Shown piece by piece: positions 32,962 through 47,486 of a stretch of DNA of 64,000 bases. The notes beneath the pieces are model-generated. The model did no database searches. It was not told the DNA's origin and was given only the letters and a program-made list of their open reading frames with translations. The DNA comes from TPA_inf: Saccharomyces (taxonomy: Eukaryota): contig BK006949.2 in NCBI GenBank assembly GCA_000146045.2, positions 288,001-352,000 on the forward strand, read 5' to 3'. Each line of letters opens with the position of its first letter. The stretch's first letter is position 1. A program made the position numbers and the translations under genes.

Positions 32962-33630
32962 TCATTGTGGAAAGATTAAGCTGTAGTCAAGTTTTAACCT
33001 AGTGCATAGTTCAGCCATTCCAAAATCTTTCCCTTCGCTATCATGCAGCACCTTATTCAATTTTTCCAGCTCCGCTATTTTTTTTTTTTCCAACTCTTTC
33101 AGCTGTTCATTCATTTGACTCTCCCACTCTTGTTTCTCAACTTCTGAAAGTTGTCTAAAGTCATCACTTTCCTTTATTTCACAGATTTGATCTTCCATAC
33201 CGTTGTCAATCTGATATTCCAATCTTCTCTTTTTAGCCTCCATTTCTTTTTCTAGAAAATCTTTATAGCCGCCCATTCTATTGATTTTGATTAAAGTGGA
33301 ATTTAAAATAAAAGACAGTTCCATCTCACAAATTGTCCTCCATTTTTCTATGGATTTTCTGTTCTCAATGATCTTGTTTTCGCTGAGAATTTTACAAGCC
33401 TGCTGTAAGTGATTATTTTCTTGCCTGAGAAGAGTAAGTTGTTTCGTTAACTCCCTATTTTTTATCGCAATTTCCTTCTGGTTCGTAGGCTTCTTCAAGT
33501 CCTTAATACCGCTTTTACCGACCCGATAGTTATTAGTGTCCTTTTTTGTATAAGAATGGTTGATGCAAGTATTTTCTTCTTCGTTCACCAAAGTTTTGTC
33601 CTTGTCTAGCCACTCTTCCTGATTGTGCAT
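32962..33630 (-). CDS. MEI5: Meiosis-specific Dmc1 accessory factor Mei5 (222 aa)
   Basis: 222-aa coiled-coil ORF. URS1 elements lie about 120 bp upstream. The position matches YPL121C. Confidence 0.78.
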   Translation of the reverse strand: MHNQEEWLDKDKTLVNEEENTCINHSYTKKDTNNYRVGKSGIKDLKKPTNQKEIAIKNRELTKQLTLLRQENNHLQQACKILSENKIIENRKSIEKWRTICEMELSFILNSTLIKINRMGGYKDFLEKEMEAKKRRLEYQIDNGMEDQICEIKESDDFRQLSEVEKQEWESQMNEQLKELEKKKIAELEKLNKVLHDSEGKDFGMAELCTRLKLDYSLIFPQ

Positions 33631-33748
33631 TACTATTAGATAACTGTAATTTGGTGCTTTTCCTGGAAAGTATACTTGTGATGTGGAAGTATTTTAAGTT
33701 CAAGTTTCTTGTTTTCTTTCCTATTTATGCGGAAGGTACATAGAAGTT

Positions 33749-33778
33749 TGGGCGGCTAATACTTTTTCCGCGGCTAAT
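33749..33778. promoter_or_regulatory. MEI5: Tandem URS1-type elements (TGGGCGGCTAAT at 33749-33760 and CGCGGCTAAT at 33769-33778) upstream of MEI5
   Basis: TGGGCGGCTAA is the URS1 variant found in early meiotic genes, which is the Ume6 site. It lies about 120-150 bp upstream of the MEI5 ATG at 33630, in the divergent MEI5/VPS30 promoter. Confidence 0.65.
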
Positions 33779-34070
33779 CCTATAGTAAAATGATCACTTT
33801 CATATAGAAAGTTGGTATATAAAGTGTCAACTAAGAGAGAAATAGTTCGAACCAGGTGTATTTTAAATCAACTATCGGGAAGTATGGACTGGTGGTATAA
33901 TCGAATTACATAGTCCTTTTACCTTCATTAGTAGTACTTAAGTGTCACCCGCCTGGGGATTTTGCTCTCATAGAAGTAAAAGGGTAGTGCTATGGGAGCA
34001 CATTAGGTAGTTCAGTTACGTTTTATGGCAGTCACTGTTTTCGCAAAGACTCCCAGACACGGGCATTAAA

Positions 34071-35744
34071 ATGAAGTGCCAAACATGTCACTTACCCCTG
34101 CAACTAGACCCATCTTTAGAAGGTCTTAGTTTAACCCAAAGAAATTTGCTACTTTCAAATAATTCAATTATCACTGCAACGAATGAAAATGTCATCAGCA
34201 ACAAGGGCATCGAAGCCGCAGATAATTGTGGGCCTCAAATACCGAAGGAGAGGCTGAGGCGATTAGGGGAGATTCAGAACATAAAAGACTTGAATTTAAA
34301 AGATGATAAATTAATCACTGATTCGTTTGTTTTTCTTAATCACGATGATGATGATAATGCTAATATTACGAGTAATAGCAGAGAGGACCAGCGTTATGGA
34401 AATGCCAACGGAAATGATAATAAAAAAGCTAATAGTGATACTTCCGATGGAACCAGTACCTTTCGAGATCATGACGAAGAGGAACAAGAAGCTACGGATG
34501 AGGACGAAAACCAACAAATACAATTGAATTCCAAGACTTTGTCCACACAAGTCAACGCAATGACTAATGTATTTAACATTCTATCTTCTCAAACAAACAT
34601 AGACTTTCCTATCTGTCAGGACTGCTGTAACATCTTGATAAACAGACTAAAAAGTGAGTATGATGATGCAATAAAAGAGAGAGATACTTACGCTCAATTT
34701 TTATCGAAGTTAGAGAGTCAAAACAAAGAAATATCAGAAAGCAATAAAGAAAAGCAGTATTCCCATAATCTTTCGGAAAAAGAAAATTTGAAAAAGGAAG
34801 AGGAAAGACTCTTGGATCAATTATTACGTTTGGAAATGACAGATGATGACTTAGATGGAGAACTAGTTCGTTTACAAGAAAAGAAAGTTCAACTGGAAAA
34901 TGAGAAACTCCAAAAACTGAGTGATCAGAATTTAATGGATTTAAATAACATTCAATTCAACAAAAATTTACAGTCATTAAAACTGCAATACGAATTATCC
35001 TTGAATCAATTAGATAAGTTGAGGAAAATCAATATTTTCAATGCTACATTCAAAATCTCACATAGCGGCCCCTTTGCCACTATAAATGGATTGAGATTAG
35101 GCAGTATACCAGAATCAGTGGTACCTTGGAAGGAAATCAATGCAGCACTGGGCCAATTGATTCTTTTACTGGCTACCATAAACAAAAACCTGAAGATAAA
35201 TTTAGTAGACTACGAATTACAACCGATGGGTTCATTTTCCAAAATCAAGAAAAGAATGGTTAACAGTGTCGAATATAATAATTCCACTACGAACGCTCCC
35301 GGTGATTGGTTGATTCTGCCTGTCTACTATGATGAGAATTTCAATTTGGGGAGAATCTTCCGCAAGGAAACGAAGTTTGATAAATCATTAGAAACAACAT
35401 TAGAAATAATAAGCGAAATCACTCGGCAGCTTTCTACGATAGCGTCATCATATTCATCTCAAACACTCACAACAAGCCAAGATGAATCTTCAATGAATAA
35501 CGCAAATGACGTTGAAAATAGTACTTCCATTCTCGAGCTACCCTATATCATGAATAAGGACAAGATTAATGGATTATCCGTCAAATTGCATGGTAGCAGT
35601 CCCAACCTTGAATGGACAACGGCTATGAAATTTTTATTAACCAATGTAAAGTGGTTGTTAGCGTTTTCTTCCAATTTACTATCCAAGTCAATTACCTTAA
35701 GCCCTACAGTGAATTACAATGATAAGACCATCAGCGGAAACTAA
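34071..35744 (+). CDS. VPS30: Beclin-1 orthologue Vps30/Atg6 (557 aa), PI3-kinase complex subunit
   Basis: Starts MKCQTCHLPLQLDPSLEGLSLTQRNLL and continues through a coiled-coil region into a C-terminal BARA domain. The 557-aa length matches. Confidence 0.88.
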   Translation: MKCQTCHLPLQLDPSLEGLSLTQRNLLLSNNSIITATNENVISNKGIEAADNCGPQIPKERLRRLGEIQNIKDLNLKDDKLITDSFVFLNHDDDDNANITSNSREDQRYGNANGNDNKKANSDTSDGTSTFRDHDEEEQEATDEDENQQIQLNSKTLSTQVNAMTNVFNILSSQTNIDFPICQDCCNILINRLKSEYDDAIKERDTYAQFLSKLESQNKEISESNKEKQYSHNLSEKENLKKEEERLLDQLLRLEMTDDDLDGELVRLQEKKVQLENEKLQKLSDQNLMDLNNIQFNKNLQSLKLQYELSLNQLDKLRKINIFNATFKISHSGPFATINGLRLGSIPESVVPWKEINAALGQLILLLATINKNLKINLVDYELQPMGSFSKIKKRMVNSVEYNNSTTNAPGDWLILPVYYDENFNLGRIFRKETKFDKSLETTLEIISEITRQLSTIASSYSSQTLTTSQDESSMNNANDVENSTSILELPYIMNKDKINGLSVKLHGSSPNLEWTTAMKFLLTNVKWLLAFSSNLLSKSITLSPTVNYNDKTISGN

Positions 35745-36023
35745 GTAGTTCATATAAATGCATTTTTTCATAAATGTGATAAAGGGAAAATTTCTTTTTC
35801 CACTTGAAAGATATGTACGTATTTAAGAACTGATCTTCTTGACCACTTTTTTTATGCGTGCAACTTTAAATGCTTTCATACATTTCCTTGGTCTTTCATC
35901 AGATGATATGCCAGATATCAACAATTATAGACCTAATATAACATTGAGTTATTTTTTACACGTATAATAATAACTCCTTCTCCGGCAATGAATATTTTGC
36001 TTCCAAATTGCAAAATTCAAGAT

Positions 36024-36287
36024 TTAATTATAAAAACTCTGAAGTAATAGACCACCTATTTCAAAAATATTCCGTATTTTTCCCTCTCTATAAAAACAAA
36101 GGGCTTCCAAAATATCCATTCCAATAAACGGTAAACTCACCCATTTATGATTGGGACAAGAGCAAAAAAAAAGGAAATTGGGAAAAAAAAAGAGAAAGAA
36201 AGCAACAGAATAAAGGGAACTTGATAAAACTGAAGTACCGTGGGTCAAGTAGCGTGAAAGAGTCAATTCATCGACTAATGGATGCAT
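36024..36287 (-). CDS. Small hydrophobic ORF (87 aa) in the VPS30-DBP1 convergent gap, possibly YPL119C-A
   Basis: ATG verified at 36287. The product has a predicted transmembrane stretch (SVAFFLFFFPNFLFFCS). From memory only, a small ORF named YPL119C-A is annotated hereabouts. No conservation test was possible. Confidence 0.3.
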   Translation of the reverse strand: MHPLVDELTLSRYLTHGTSVLSSSLYSVAFFLFFFPNFLFFCSCPNHKWVSLPFIGMDILEALCFYREGKIRNIFEIGGLLLQSFYN

Positions 36288-36410
36288 AAAACGTATGACT
36301 GTATAGTACTGGAGTGAAAACGAAGAGATAAAGAAAGGAAAAAGGGAGATTAATAAAAAGAAAAAAATTAAAGGAGTTCTATATTTGGATTAGTCTTTTA
36401 TTCTTTCTGC

Positions 36411-38285
<1,875 letters not shown>

Positions 38286-38612
38286 TCAAAGGGGTTTTTC
38301 TTAAAATATCCTTTAACTGACACTACCGATATCTTTTATAATCATGAATAATCCTTGTTATAAAATAAAGGCATTACTTCAGAGATGACCTTAAGTAACC
38401 TTCCCTTAAAATTGTTAAAGAACTCGCGGGGTAATATTTACGTTGACAGTGATATTTGTTTTGAGAAATCAAAGAATGAAGAACTTAGATGTAGAGTTAA
38501 AGGAGCAATACGAATAGGTGCCGTGATGAAGAAAAAAAATCATACAGACATTTGCTACAACCCTTGGTGAGACTGTTTCGATCATTTTTCTTTTTCTTTT
38601 TCTTTATTTTAG

Positions 38613-39662
<1,050 letters not shown>

Positions 39663-39863
39663 GAAGAGAAAAAAAAAATGTGAACAATCAATGTATATTC
39701 AGAGTTCTGTAAATAAATAAAGAAAATAAAGTTTACATATTACTAAGGATTTTTGTCGCCTATTTTTACTATTTTTCAGGTGAAATGAAACGTTTTATAT
39801 CACATTTTGCTATGATAACAAAGTTATTATGATTTTTATGTAGCCTATATTATTGACGCGTTG

Positions 39864-40730
39864 TTATAGCATTCTATGAATTTGCCTGTCATTTTCCACT
39901 TCAGAAAGGTCATCTAATTGCTCCCACCAGTTGAATAAGTAATTCTCGCAAATAATCTTAAACCAAGGCGTAAACTTGTAACTTGGGTCAGCAAACATAG
40001 TTTTCAAATCATTTGGTGAAACCCATTTGAAGTCTCTAACTTCATTGACGTTTGGGTTGACAGTCAAGTTTTCTTTAGCGTTGATCTTATAAAATAGGAT
40101 GTAATCAATTTCATGTTCACCCCATGGTTCATTGCTTGGTGCCATGTAATGGATTCTGTTTAAAAAGTGAAACTTACCCCTTGTCTTAGTTTCATCTTCT
40201 GGAATACCTAATTCATGATCTAGTTTTCTCACCGCCGCAGTAATAGCGCCCTTAATCTTATCGTCTAGCTTACCCTTCAAACCTAATTCGTCATCAATAC
40301 ATAGTGGATGAGAGCAGCATGTGTTAGTCCAAAGATCAGGGAAAGTTATTTTTTCAGTGGCTCTTTGTTGTAAAAGTAATTCACCTTGTTCATTGAAAAT
40401 AAAGACGGAGAATGCACGATGTAGTAAACCCTTTTCAATATTTTCCATTAAATGACAAACTTTCTTGGTACCGGCACCAATAGCATTATCGTCCCAATCC
40501 AAAACAATACAATTTTCATTCATTAACTTAATTTGCTCCTCATCATGACCAGAAAAACATGTTTCTCCGCTTTCGTCATTTGACGTCTCACTAGATCGGG
40601 TATTAGGTCTTTGTTGTAATGGAATAATTTCAGGAAACTCTTCCAAAATGTCTTCAGGTGTTTGGTTTTGCACTAATTTGGCGTAACTAGATACTGCACC
40701 ATGGGGCATACTATTGTTGTCGGCAGTCAT
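39864..40730 (-). CDS. IDI1: Isopentenyl-diphosphate delta-isomerase Idi1 (288 aa)
   Basis: IPP isomerase / Nudix-like motifs ([41 protein letters not shown]). The ATG at 40730 gives [34 protein letters not shown]. The ORF-track start at 40778 is 16 codons upstream of it. Confidence 0.9.
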
Positions 40731-41605
40731 TGAGGTGTAATGAATTTTTGGCTTATTTTTACTCTTCCTGTATTCCAAATACGAATACTCTAATATTGAA
40801 TTAAGTGGGATATACGCCTTCTTGTCACTAGAAAACTGTTTCCTGTTAAATAGATAAAAATGAATAAATAAATATAAATGGAGTTAAGACCGAAAAAGAA
40901 AGGCAACCCCCATCGACAAGAAAAGAGTTATGAATAATCATGTTTCTTAATAACAATTAAAGGGAAAAGAATCGGCTGGGCATCGTCATTGCGAAACTGT
41001 TGACTGGAAAAATTTCAATCACAATTAAGTTTTGTCCATTTCGTTCCAGCAAGAACGGAAACTTTTACCGATAGCAGCGGAAAAAAAGAAAAAAGAAAAA
41101 AAAAAGAAATTAATATAGGCAAAATAGCCGCATGAAGCCCTTAATAACCTATACTATTCTGTGACTGTTATTTATTTACCCTCGTAATATTAAAAATGTC
41201 CTATACAATTTCTGTAATAAAACCTAATTTTTTTAGGACCCTTGAGTGTTACCCTGCTCATGTTTTTATTTTTGTTTTAGAGAAATGTAAACAACAGTTT
41301 GGGAAAGTTTCAAGAATTGTAAACAACTAATCAAGGGATAATACTATTTTACTCTTTCCTTTAAACATGAAGAACTATTTTTTGTTTACGTTTTTTTCTG
41401 AATTGAACAATAAGATCTTGTTAATTTTTTTATCGCTTGATCTATTATCAGATCTTCTCTTTTGAAAAACTAGTCCTTTTCCAAATTACAAACTTTCTTT
41501 TCGTGTGGAGTTGATCAGTTCAGTTTCTCCAATACTTCTTAAGTCACTGAAAATATAACGAAAAAAAGGGCTCTGGAAGTAAACAGAGAAATTCGACGAT
41601 ATAAT

Positions 41606-43699
41606 ATGTCTTCCAAGCATTCAGATCCATTGGAGAGATTTTATAAGCAATTTCAAGCATTTGTTCAAAATAACCCTAATGTCATATCGGCAGCTCGAGC
41701 TGCCGCACAAATACCGGAATCTGCAAAAGCTGTTGTAGTACTATCCCCATATTCTTTACAGCATGTGTTCCCGAGAGAATGGGTAACAAAATCGTATAGG
41801 AAAACTATAGTCGAACGACCAGAAAGATTATTAGCAAGCTCGATGGGTATATCAGCTGCGATTACAATGTATCCATCCCTTTTCACCTTGAAATCCTCGC
41901 ATCAAAGGAAAGGTTCATTGATGGCACCTCATGTGCTTAAAGTTCATGGCAGTAGCTGGCCGGCTGAGTTAATTGAACTTTGCCAAATGGCAGATGCTAA
42001 ATTGCTAAAAGGCGAAATCGAAGTCCCAGATACTTGGAACTCAGGTGATATATACTTGAGCTCAAAGACAATTAAAGCTCTACAGGGAACAATTGGGGCC
42101 ATTGAAACTGGTGTTGACTCAATTTTCAAAGGACCATCTGCAGAACATATTAGTAACAGAGCTTTTGTTGCTATACGGCCTCCTGGTCATCATTGCCACT
42201 ATGGTACACCATCCGGCTTTTGTCTGTTAAACAATGCACATGTAGCCATAGAATATGCGTATGATACTTACAACGTCACGCATGTTGTCGTGCTTGATTT
42301 CGATCTACACCACGGTGATGGGACCCAAGACATTTGCTGGAAACGTGCGGGTTTCAAACCTGAGGAGGAACCTGAAGATTCATCTTATGATGATTTTGGT
42401 AAGAAATTTGCCGAATTTCCCAAAGTCGGTTATTTTTCTATGCATGATATAAATTCATTTCCAACAGAGTCGGGATTTGCCACAAAGGAGAACATTAAAA
42501 ATGCATCTACCTGTATCATGAACTCTCATGACCTAAACATCTGGAATATTCACTTATCCAAATGGACAACCGAAGAAGAATTCAATGTATTATACAGGAC
42601 AAAATATAGAACTTTATTTGCTAAAGCAGATGAATTTTTCAGGAGCGCAAAACTAGAAATGAATCAACAAGGGAGACCATTCAAAGGTTTGGTTGTCATA
42701 AGCGCAGGTTTCGATGCATCAGAATTTGAGCAAACTTCAATGCAAAGGCATAGTGTCAACGTTCCTACAAGTTTTTATACAACGTTCACCAAAGATGCAT
42801 TGAAATTAGCACAAATGCACTGTCATGGCAAAGTTTTGTCTCTAATGGAGGGTGGATATTCTGATAAAGCTATATGTTCTGGTGTTTTCGCACATTTGAT
42901 CGGTTTACAAAACCAAGATTGGGTTAAAGAATGGGGGTCTGAACAAGTCGTTAAAGAGATTGTTCGTGGTTGCAAACCGGCTTGGAAACCCTATAAGACA
43001 AAAAGAGCAAAAGATGTCATAAGAATATGGGCAGAAGAAGTTATCAGGCTGGGACGAGCAATGATACCGGAATTCGATGATATCATTTTTAAAGACGCAG
43101 TTAACAGCGCACCTTCTAATTCTCTACTAAAGGCTACTGTCGAACCAGCATCCACGTCGACAATTGCTCAAAGAATAATCAGATCTCATAGAAGCAACGC
43201 TTCCCCAGAAAAAGAACTTCATGAAAACAAGCCGAGAAGCACGGAAAAACAGGAACAAAGGGAAATTAGAAGCGATACCAAGGTCAAGCAGCTCTCGTCA
43301 AATAATAGAGCAGCTGAAACCCAAATTCCGTTTTTGCAACAAGAATTTTCCAGTGAGGATGAAGATGAAGAATACGTTTACGATGAAGAATTGAACAAAA
43401 CTTTCAATCGCACGGTGGAGGATATTACCATTGATGATATTTCTAGACATTTGGAGACCTTAGAAATTGAAAAAAAAGGTGATGAAGATTCAGACCATGA
43501 GCTAAAAGAAAAAAATTGGAAAAACTCGCACCAACGCCGTCTACAAGGTAATGGAATGTATAAAATTCCCTCCAATACGAAACCGCATCGCATAAGACAG
43601 CCTCAAAACGCAAATACACCAACTTATGACGATAGTGATATATCAATGATTTCTCATGTTTCAAGAAAACATACAACAAGAAGTGGTGGAAGATGGTGA
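41606..43699 (+). CDS. HOS3: Histone deacetylase Hos3 (697 aa)
   Basis: HDAC-family catalytic region (HHGDGTQD, RPPGHHC) with a long C-terminal tail. The 697-aa length matches YPL116W. Confidence 0.88.
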   Translation: MSSKHSDPLERFYKQFQAFVQNNPNVISAARAAAQIPESAKAVVVLSPYSLQHVFPREWVTKSYRKTIVERPERLLASSMGISAAITMYPSLFTLKSSHQRKGSLMAPHVLKVHGSSWPAELIELCQMADAKLLKGEIEVPDTWNSGDIYLSSKTIKALQGTIGAIETGVDSIFKGPSAEHISNRAFVAIRPPGHHCHYGTPSGFCLLNNAHVAIEYAYDTYNVTHVVVLDFDLHHGDGTQDICWKRAGFKPEEEPEDSSYDDFGKKFAEFPKVGYFSMHDINSFPTESGFATKENIKNASTCIMNSHDLNIWNIHLSKWTTEEEFNVLYRTKYRTLFAKADEFFRSAKLEMNQQGRPFKGLVVISAGFDASEFEQTSMQRHSVNVPTSFYTTFTKDALKLAQMHCHGKVLSLMEGGYSDKAICSGVFAHLIGLQNQDWVKEWGSEQVVKEIVRGCKPAWKPYKTKRAKDVIRIWAEEVIRLGRAMIPEFDDIIFKDAVNSAPSNSLLKATVEPASTSTIAQRIIRSHRSNASPEKELHENKPRSTEKQEQREIRSDTKVKQLSSNNRAAETQIPFLQQEFSSEDEDEEYVYDEELNKTFNRTVEDITIDDISRHLETLEIEKKGDEDSDHELKEKNWKNSHQRRLQGNGMYKIPSNTKPHRIRQPQNANTPTYDDSDISMISHVSRKHTTRSGGRW

Positions 43700-44099
43700 T
43701 ACCAATGCATATATAATGTTGTCTTGAACCCACTAAAGAAGTGACGCATATATTACTTTTTTGTATTTAGTAACACAATTTTTCTATTTTTATATTTCCT
43801 TGTATAGTTAGTAATTTTAATTTTTTTCCTTCTTTATCTCAGCTCTTCGACCATTTGGTCAAGAAGTTAGTTTTTTTCTCTTATTTTATTTGACAATATA
43901 CTAATTTTATTATATGGTATTGTAAATAACATTTGAGGAATAAAAAGACAGTCACTCTATAAGCTTTATCAGCCTGACATTTTTTTATTATTACAAATAT
44001 ATCGTTGAAAGAAAGAAGCCTCTATACATCTCGCCCTCTTTCTATCATTAAATCAATGGAGGTTTACTGGCAACGTTATATTTCTACAATTTTAGACCA

Positions 44100-47000
44100 T
44101 CAAACCTGAGGAATATGTATATCTACTTTCTCCCTTTCCTCTTCTTTAACTGGTTCACCACCCTGAAATATACACGCAAAGTCAGTGATGAATGGTTGAA
44201 GCATACTAATTGGAATATTTAGAGTTGGGGAAAACACGATGCATAAATTTCTTAGATTCATCTTATTAAACTTACTATTCTCATTGATCCTTACCAGCAG
44301 TTCAAAAAGAGCATACATCAACGATAGGTTAGCGTGAGGAACTAGGCCAGATTCAATAAGTTCCTTAAACCCCAATGATATTTGAACAGGATTATTATGA
44401 TTTTCATCAACTACTCTTTTAAACGACAAAAATTGTTCGTCACCAAATAATAAATGGGGCAACTTTCTCAAGTACAACTTTAGTAACCCACTTACAGTAT
44501 TCACACCAATGTAAAGACTTGGAGATGCCTCATCATCTTTAGCTTCAATACTTTCATTGTACCGACATAAATCTACATCGTACTCTTTATCAAACCTTTC
44601 TTGTAAAGTTTTGATAACTGTACTGGACCCGCTTAGTCTAAATATGCCTTCTTCCTGGATACCACGGTTTTTGTAAAGATACTCTAAGCAACGATAAACT
44701 ACACTCGGTAAATCGTAAACGTTTTGGTACTTATGCGAACTCAATCTTAAACACGTTTCTAGTGACGAGCCAAATATTGCAGTGGACACATGTGGACCCG
44801 TAGAAGAATTTGACGAAGAGGATACTTCCATTAATTTTTTGCTTGGTGACTTAATGATAGAGTCAGGAGATGTTGGAGAATCCGAATCATTTGAAATTGT
44901 AATACCTATATGGTTCATTGCACTCGCCGGGCCGGTTAATTTTTTAAAAGGGAATAAACTTCTCATTTTGGCTCTCCTACTATCCTTCTCCTCCTCTGCA
45001 TTCCCGCTTGAACTTGCTAGGAAGTTAGAGTGAGAAGATGGGTTTGAGTCAATACCATCGCTATTAGCAATGTTATTGCTACTATTACTAATATTGTTAT
45101 TATTATTATATTCTTGGGTCAAATCAGTGACATATGATGGAGTATCGGTTGCTGAGATAGTTGCGTTTCCAAATTTAGAATGGTGTGTTCCTGCGCTCAA
45201 GTGAGATGCAGAATCAGTATCGTTTGCATTCCTCGAGCTAGATAACGATAAACTTTGTGAAGGATCAATGTAATCACTAAACGCAGAAAGCCATAATTCA
45301 CGTTCCTTCGACGTTTCAGTACAAATATAATACTTTGTTGAGGTTGACAGTCCGCTTTTCTTATGCTCAGTGATCAAAAACCCATTTCTCGTTCCAAATC
45401 TATCTTCAGGGAGATTGGGTATAAGTTCTATAGAAGATTGTCTCAATTTAATAGTTTCAGTCAACTGATTTTTGTCAAACAATTGTAAAACATCATCGCG
45501 CAAAATACCGTACCGAACTCTCCATGTACTATTACCTGTTAGAGTCTTTGGTCTTCTCAGCAAAAGTGATCCGTCTTTCACATTATCATCCATCATTGGA
45601 GGTGTCATTACTGTATCTGTACTAATAAATTGGGCGATTTTTAAACCAACATTTTTGGGAAATTCAGGGACACTGAATATGCTTGTATAATACTGATTCA
45701 ATATGTTCTTTCGCGTATCCACTTTTGTAGGTGATAAAGTCTGAAATAATTGTCTATCAGGTAACGTGGGCAATGGTAAATCGGGAACATGTGATTTCAT
45801 ATATACATCTAATTCGCGAACTTTATGAATAGATTTTGAAAATTTAAACATCTCCTTACCGGATTTCCTGTCTATGATTGCAATTAAAATGGATAAATCA
45901 TCTTCATTATCCCTGTACAATGTGCTCAGTACTTCAATCTGGATAGTGCCAAAATCCTCCGGTTGAACGAATAATGGAATATCCGACTTAAGACTTTGGG
46001 CCACAGACTTCACGGTGCTCACGCTACTTGCATGAGGTCTTCTAAGTGTCTTCAACGAACCTTGGGGTGTTGAGCTAAATGTATTCAAGGTATTGGTTGA
46101 ATGGATGGATGCCGTTTCTCCAAGTTGTTTTTGTTTTGATGAACTTTCCACGGGAGGATTTGGAGGAAGAGAAGCATTTTGACTTGTTGTTGACAATTTT
46201 GTAGAAAGATTGGGGAGTGATGAAGTTAACACAGGTTTCTTTAAATTTTTTGCACTTTGAGCACCAAAATTATCATCCTTTTTATTCAAGATAACCGGAG
46301 AAGCCAAATGGCTTGATAAAGGAGTAGAGTTTTTTATATTTCCACTAGAAGTAGGTGAGAAAAAAGTTGGAGGCGCTGGAGGTGGGGGTAAAGATTCGTT
46401 AATCGTGGATTTTATGGACAGAGGATCTTTACTGTCCGTATTGACTAGATCCTCTTCGCCAAATGAGGAGTCAAGTAATTGGGTGAAGTCGTCAAGTTTT
46501 TCTTTAGATGCTGGAGAGAAACCCAAAGCCTTGTTTTCACCCTCCTTGACTTCCAAAAGGGATGATGGACTTTTGGCTGCTGAAGTAGGAGTTCCAGTAG
46601 TGTATGCAGAGGATGTTATAGAAGAATAAACGCGGTCATTTTTTTGTATCGCGTCATTAGTTAGTTGTTGACTTTTACTTTCAGTCAGCTCATCTAAATT
46701 ATTAGAGGTACTGGCCTTTAATGGAGAATGCAAATGGTTGTTGATAACAGCCGTCATTCTGTTAGGATTTTGAGGGGAACGCAAACGTTCTTGCAATGGA
46801 GATTTCGAACCTTTATTAGGTGATTTTATGGTTATCCTAGACGTCGTATAGGTAACAGAGGCAGCTGGGCTAGCCAACTGTTCTGAATGTATTTTTGTAG
46901 GGCTTGAGACAGATCTATTGATAATTTTGGGAGATGAGAAGCTACTATTTGCTTCTATTTCATCGTTTAGTATCATGTTCTGTAAATGCTTCCTACTTAT

Positions 47001-47486
47001 TGAAGTATTTGATGTAACACCTATTTGAGGTACTGTAGGCGTTACACTTGTTTCAAGTGCAACGTCTGAACCTTGTTGCAATGGAGGGGACAATGTCGGT
47101 ATTGGCAAATTAAGACTCTTGATATGCGCTTTCCTTTCAGCAGATCTTGGGGGTAACACAAATGATTGATCGTTAACGTATGAATCTCTTGAGTCATTTT
47201 GAACTTGCTCAAGCACAACTTCTAAGGAAGCTTCTCTGTTTTTTTGTAACATATCAATAACCTTTTCCAAACTCTCAATTTCAGTTTCATATTCTTGGAC
47301 TTGTAGCTTTAGCTTAATGTTTTCCGTAAAAATTTCATCATAGGACGGATTTCTTTCTTTTCCTGAACATGTTCCTTTTTCTATATGTTCTATAGATTTG
47401 TCCTTTTTGGATCTATGATCATTGTACTGCGCCAACAATTCAAGGGTGGTACTACCACCATGAGTTGTGGTCAAATTATCTGTCAT
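44100..47486 (-). CDS. BEM3: Rho GTPase-activating protein Bem3 (1128 aa)
   Basis: C-terminal RhoGAP domain (GIFRLSGSSTVIKTLQERFD), a central PH-like region and a long S/T/N-rich N-terminus. The 1128-aa length matches YPL115C. Confidence 0.88.
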   Translation of the reverse strand: MTDNLTTTHGGSTTLELLAQYNDHRSKKDKSIEHIEKGTCSGKERNPSYDEIFTENIKLKLQVQEYETEIESLEKVIDMLQKNREASLEVVLEQVQNDSRDSYVNDQSFVLPPRSAERKAHIKSLNLPIPTLSPPLQQGSDVALETSVTPTVPQIGVTSNTSISRKHLQNMILNDEIEANSSFSSPKIINRSVSSPTKIHSEQLASPAASVTYTTSRITIKSPNKGSKSPLQERLRSPQNPNRMTAVINNHLHSPLKASTSNNLDELTESKSQQLTNDAIQKNDRVYSSITSSAYTTGTPTSAAKSPSSLLEVKEGENKALGFSPASKEKLDDFTQLLDSSFGEEDLVNTDSKDPLSIKSTINESLPPPPAPPTFFSPTSSGNIKNSTPLSSHLASPVILNKKDDNFGAQSAKNLKKPVLTSSLPNLSTKLSTTSQNASLPPNPPVESSSKQKQLGETASIHSTNTLNTFSSTPQGSLKTLRRPHASSVSTVKSVAQSLKSDIPLFVQPEDFGTIQIEVLSTLYRDNEDDLSILIAIIDRKSGKEMFKFSKSIHKVRELDVYMKSHVPDLPLPTLPDRQLFQTLSPTKVDTRKNILNQYYTSIFSVPEFPKNVGLKIAQFISTDTVMTPPMMDDNVKDGSLLLRRPKTLTGNSTWRVRYGILRDDVLQLFDKNQLTETIKLRQSSIELIPNLPEDRFGTRNGFLITEHKKSGLSTSTKYYICTETSKERELWLSAFSDYIDPSQSLSLSSSRNANDTDSASHLSAGTHHSKFGNATISATDTPSYVTDLTQEYNNNNNISNSSNNIANSDGIDSNPSSHSNFLASSSGNAEEEKDSRRAKMRSLFPFKKLTGPASAMNHIGITISNDSDSPTSPDSIIKSPSKKLMEVSSSSNSSTGPHVSTAIFGSSLETCLRLSSHKYQNVYDLPSVVYRCLEYLYKNRGIQEEGIFRLSGSSTVIKTLQERFDKEYDVDLCRYNESIEAKDDEASPSLYIGVNTVSGLLKLYLRKLPHLLFGDEQFLSFKRVVDENHNNPVQISLGFKELIESGLVPHANLSLMYALFELLVRINENSKFNKMNLRNLCIVFSPTLNIPISMLQPFITDFACIFQGGEPVKEEEREKVDIHIPQV

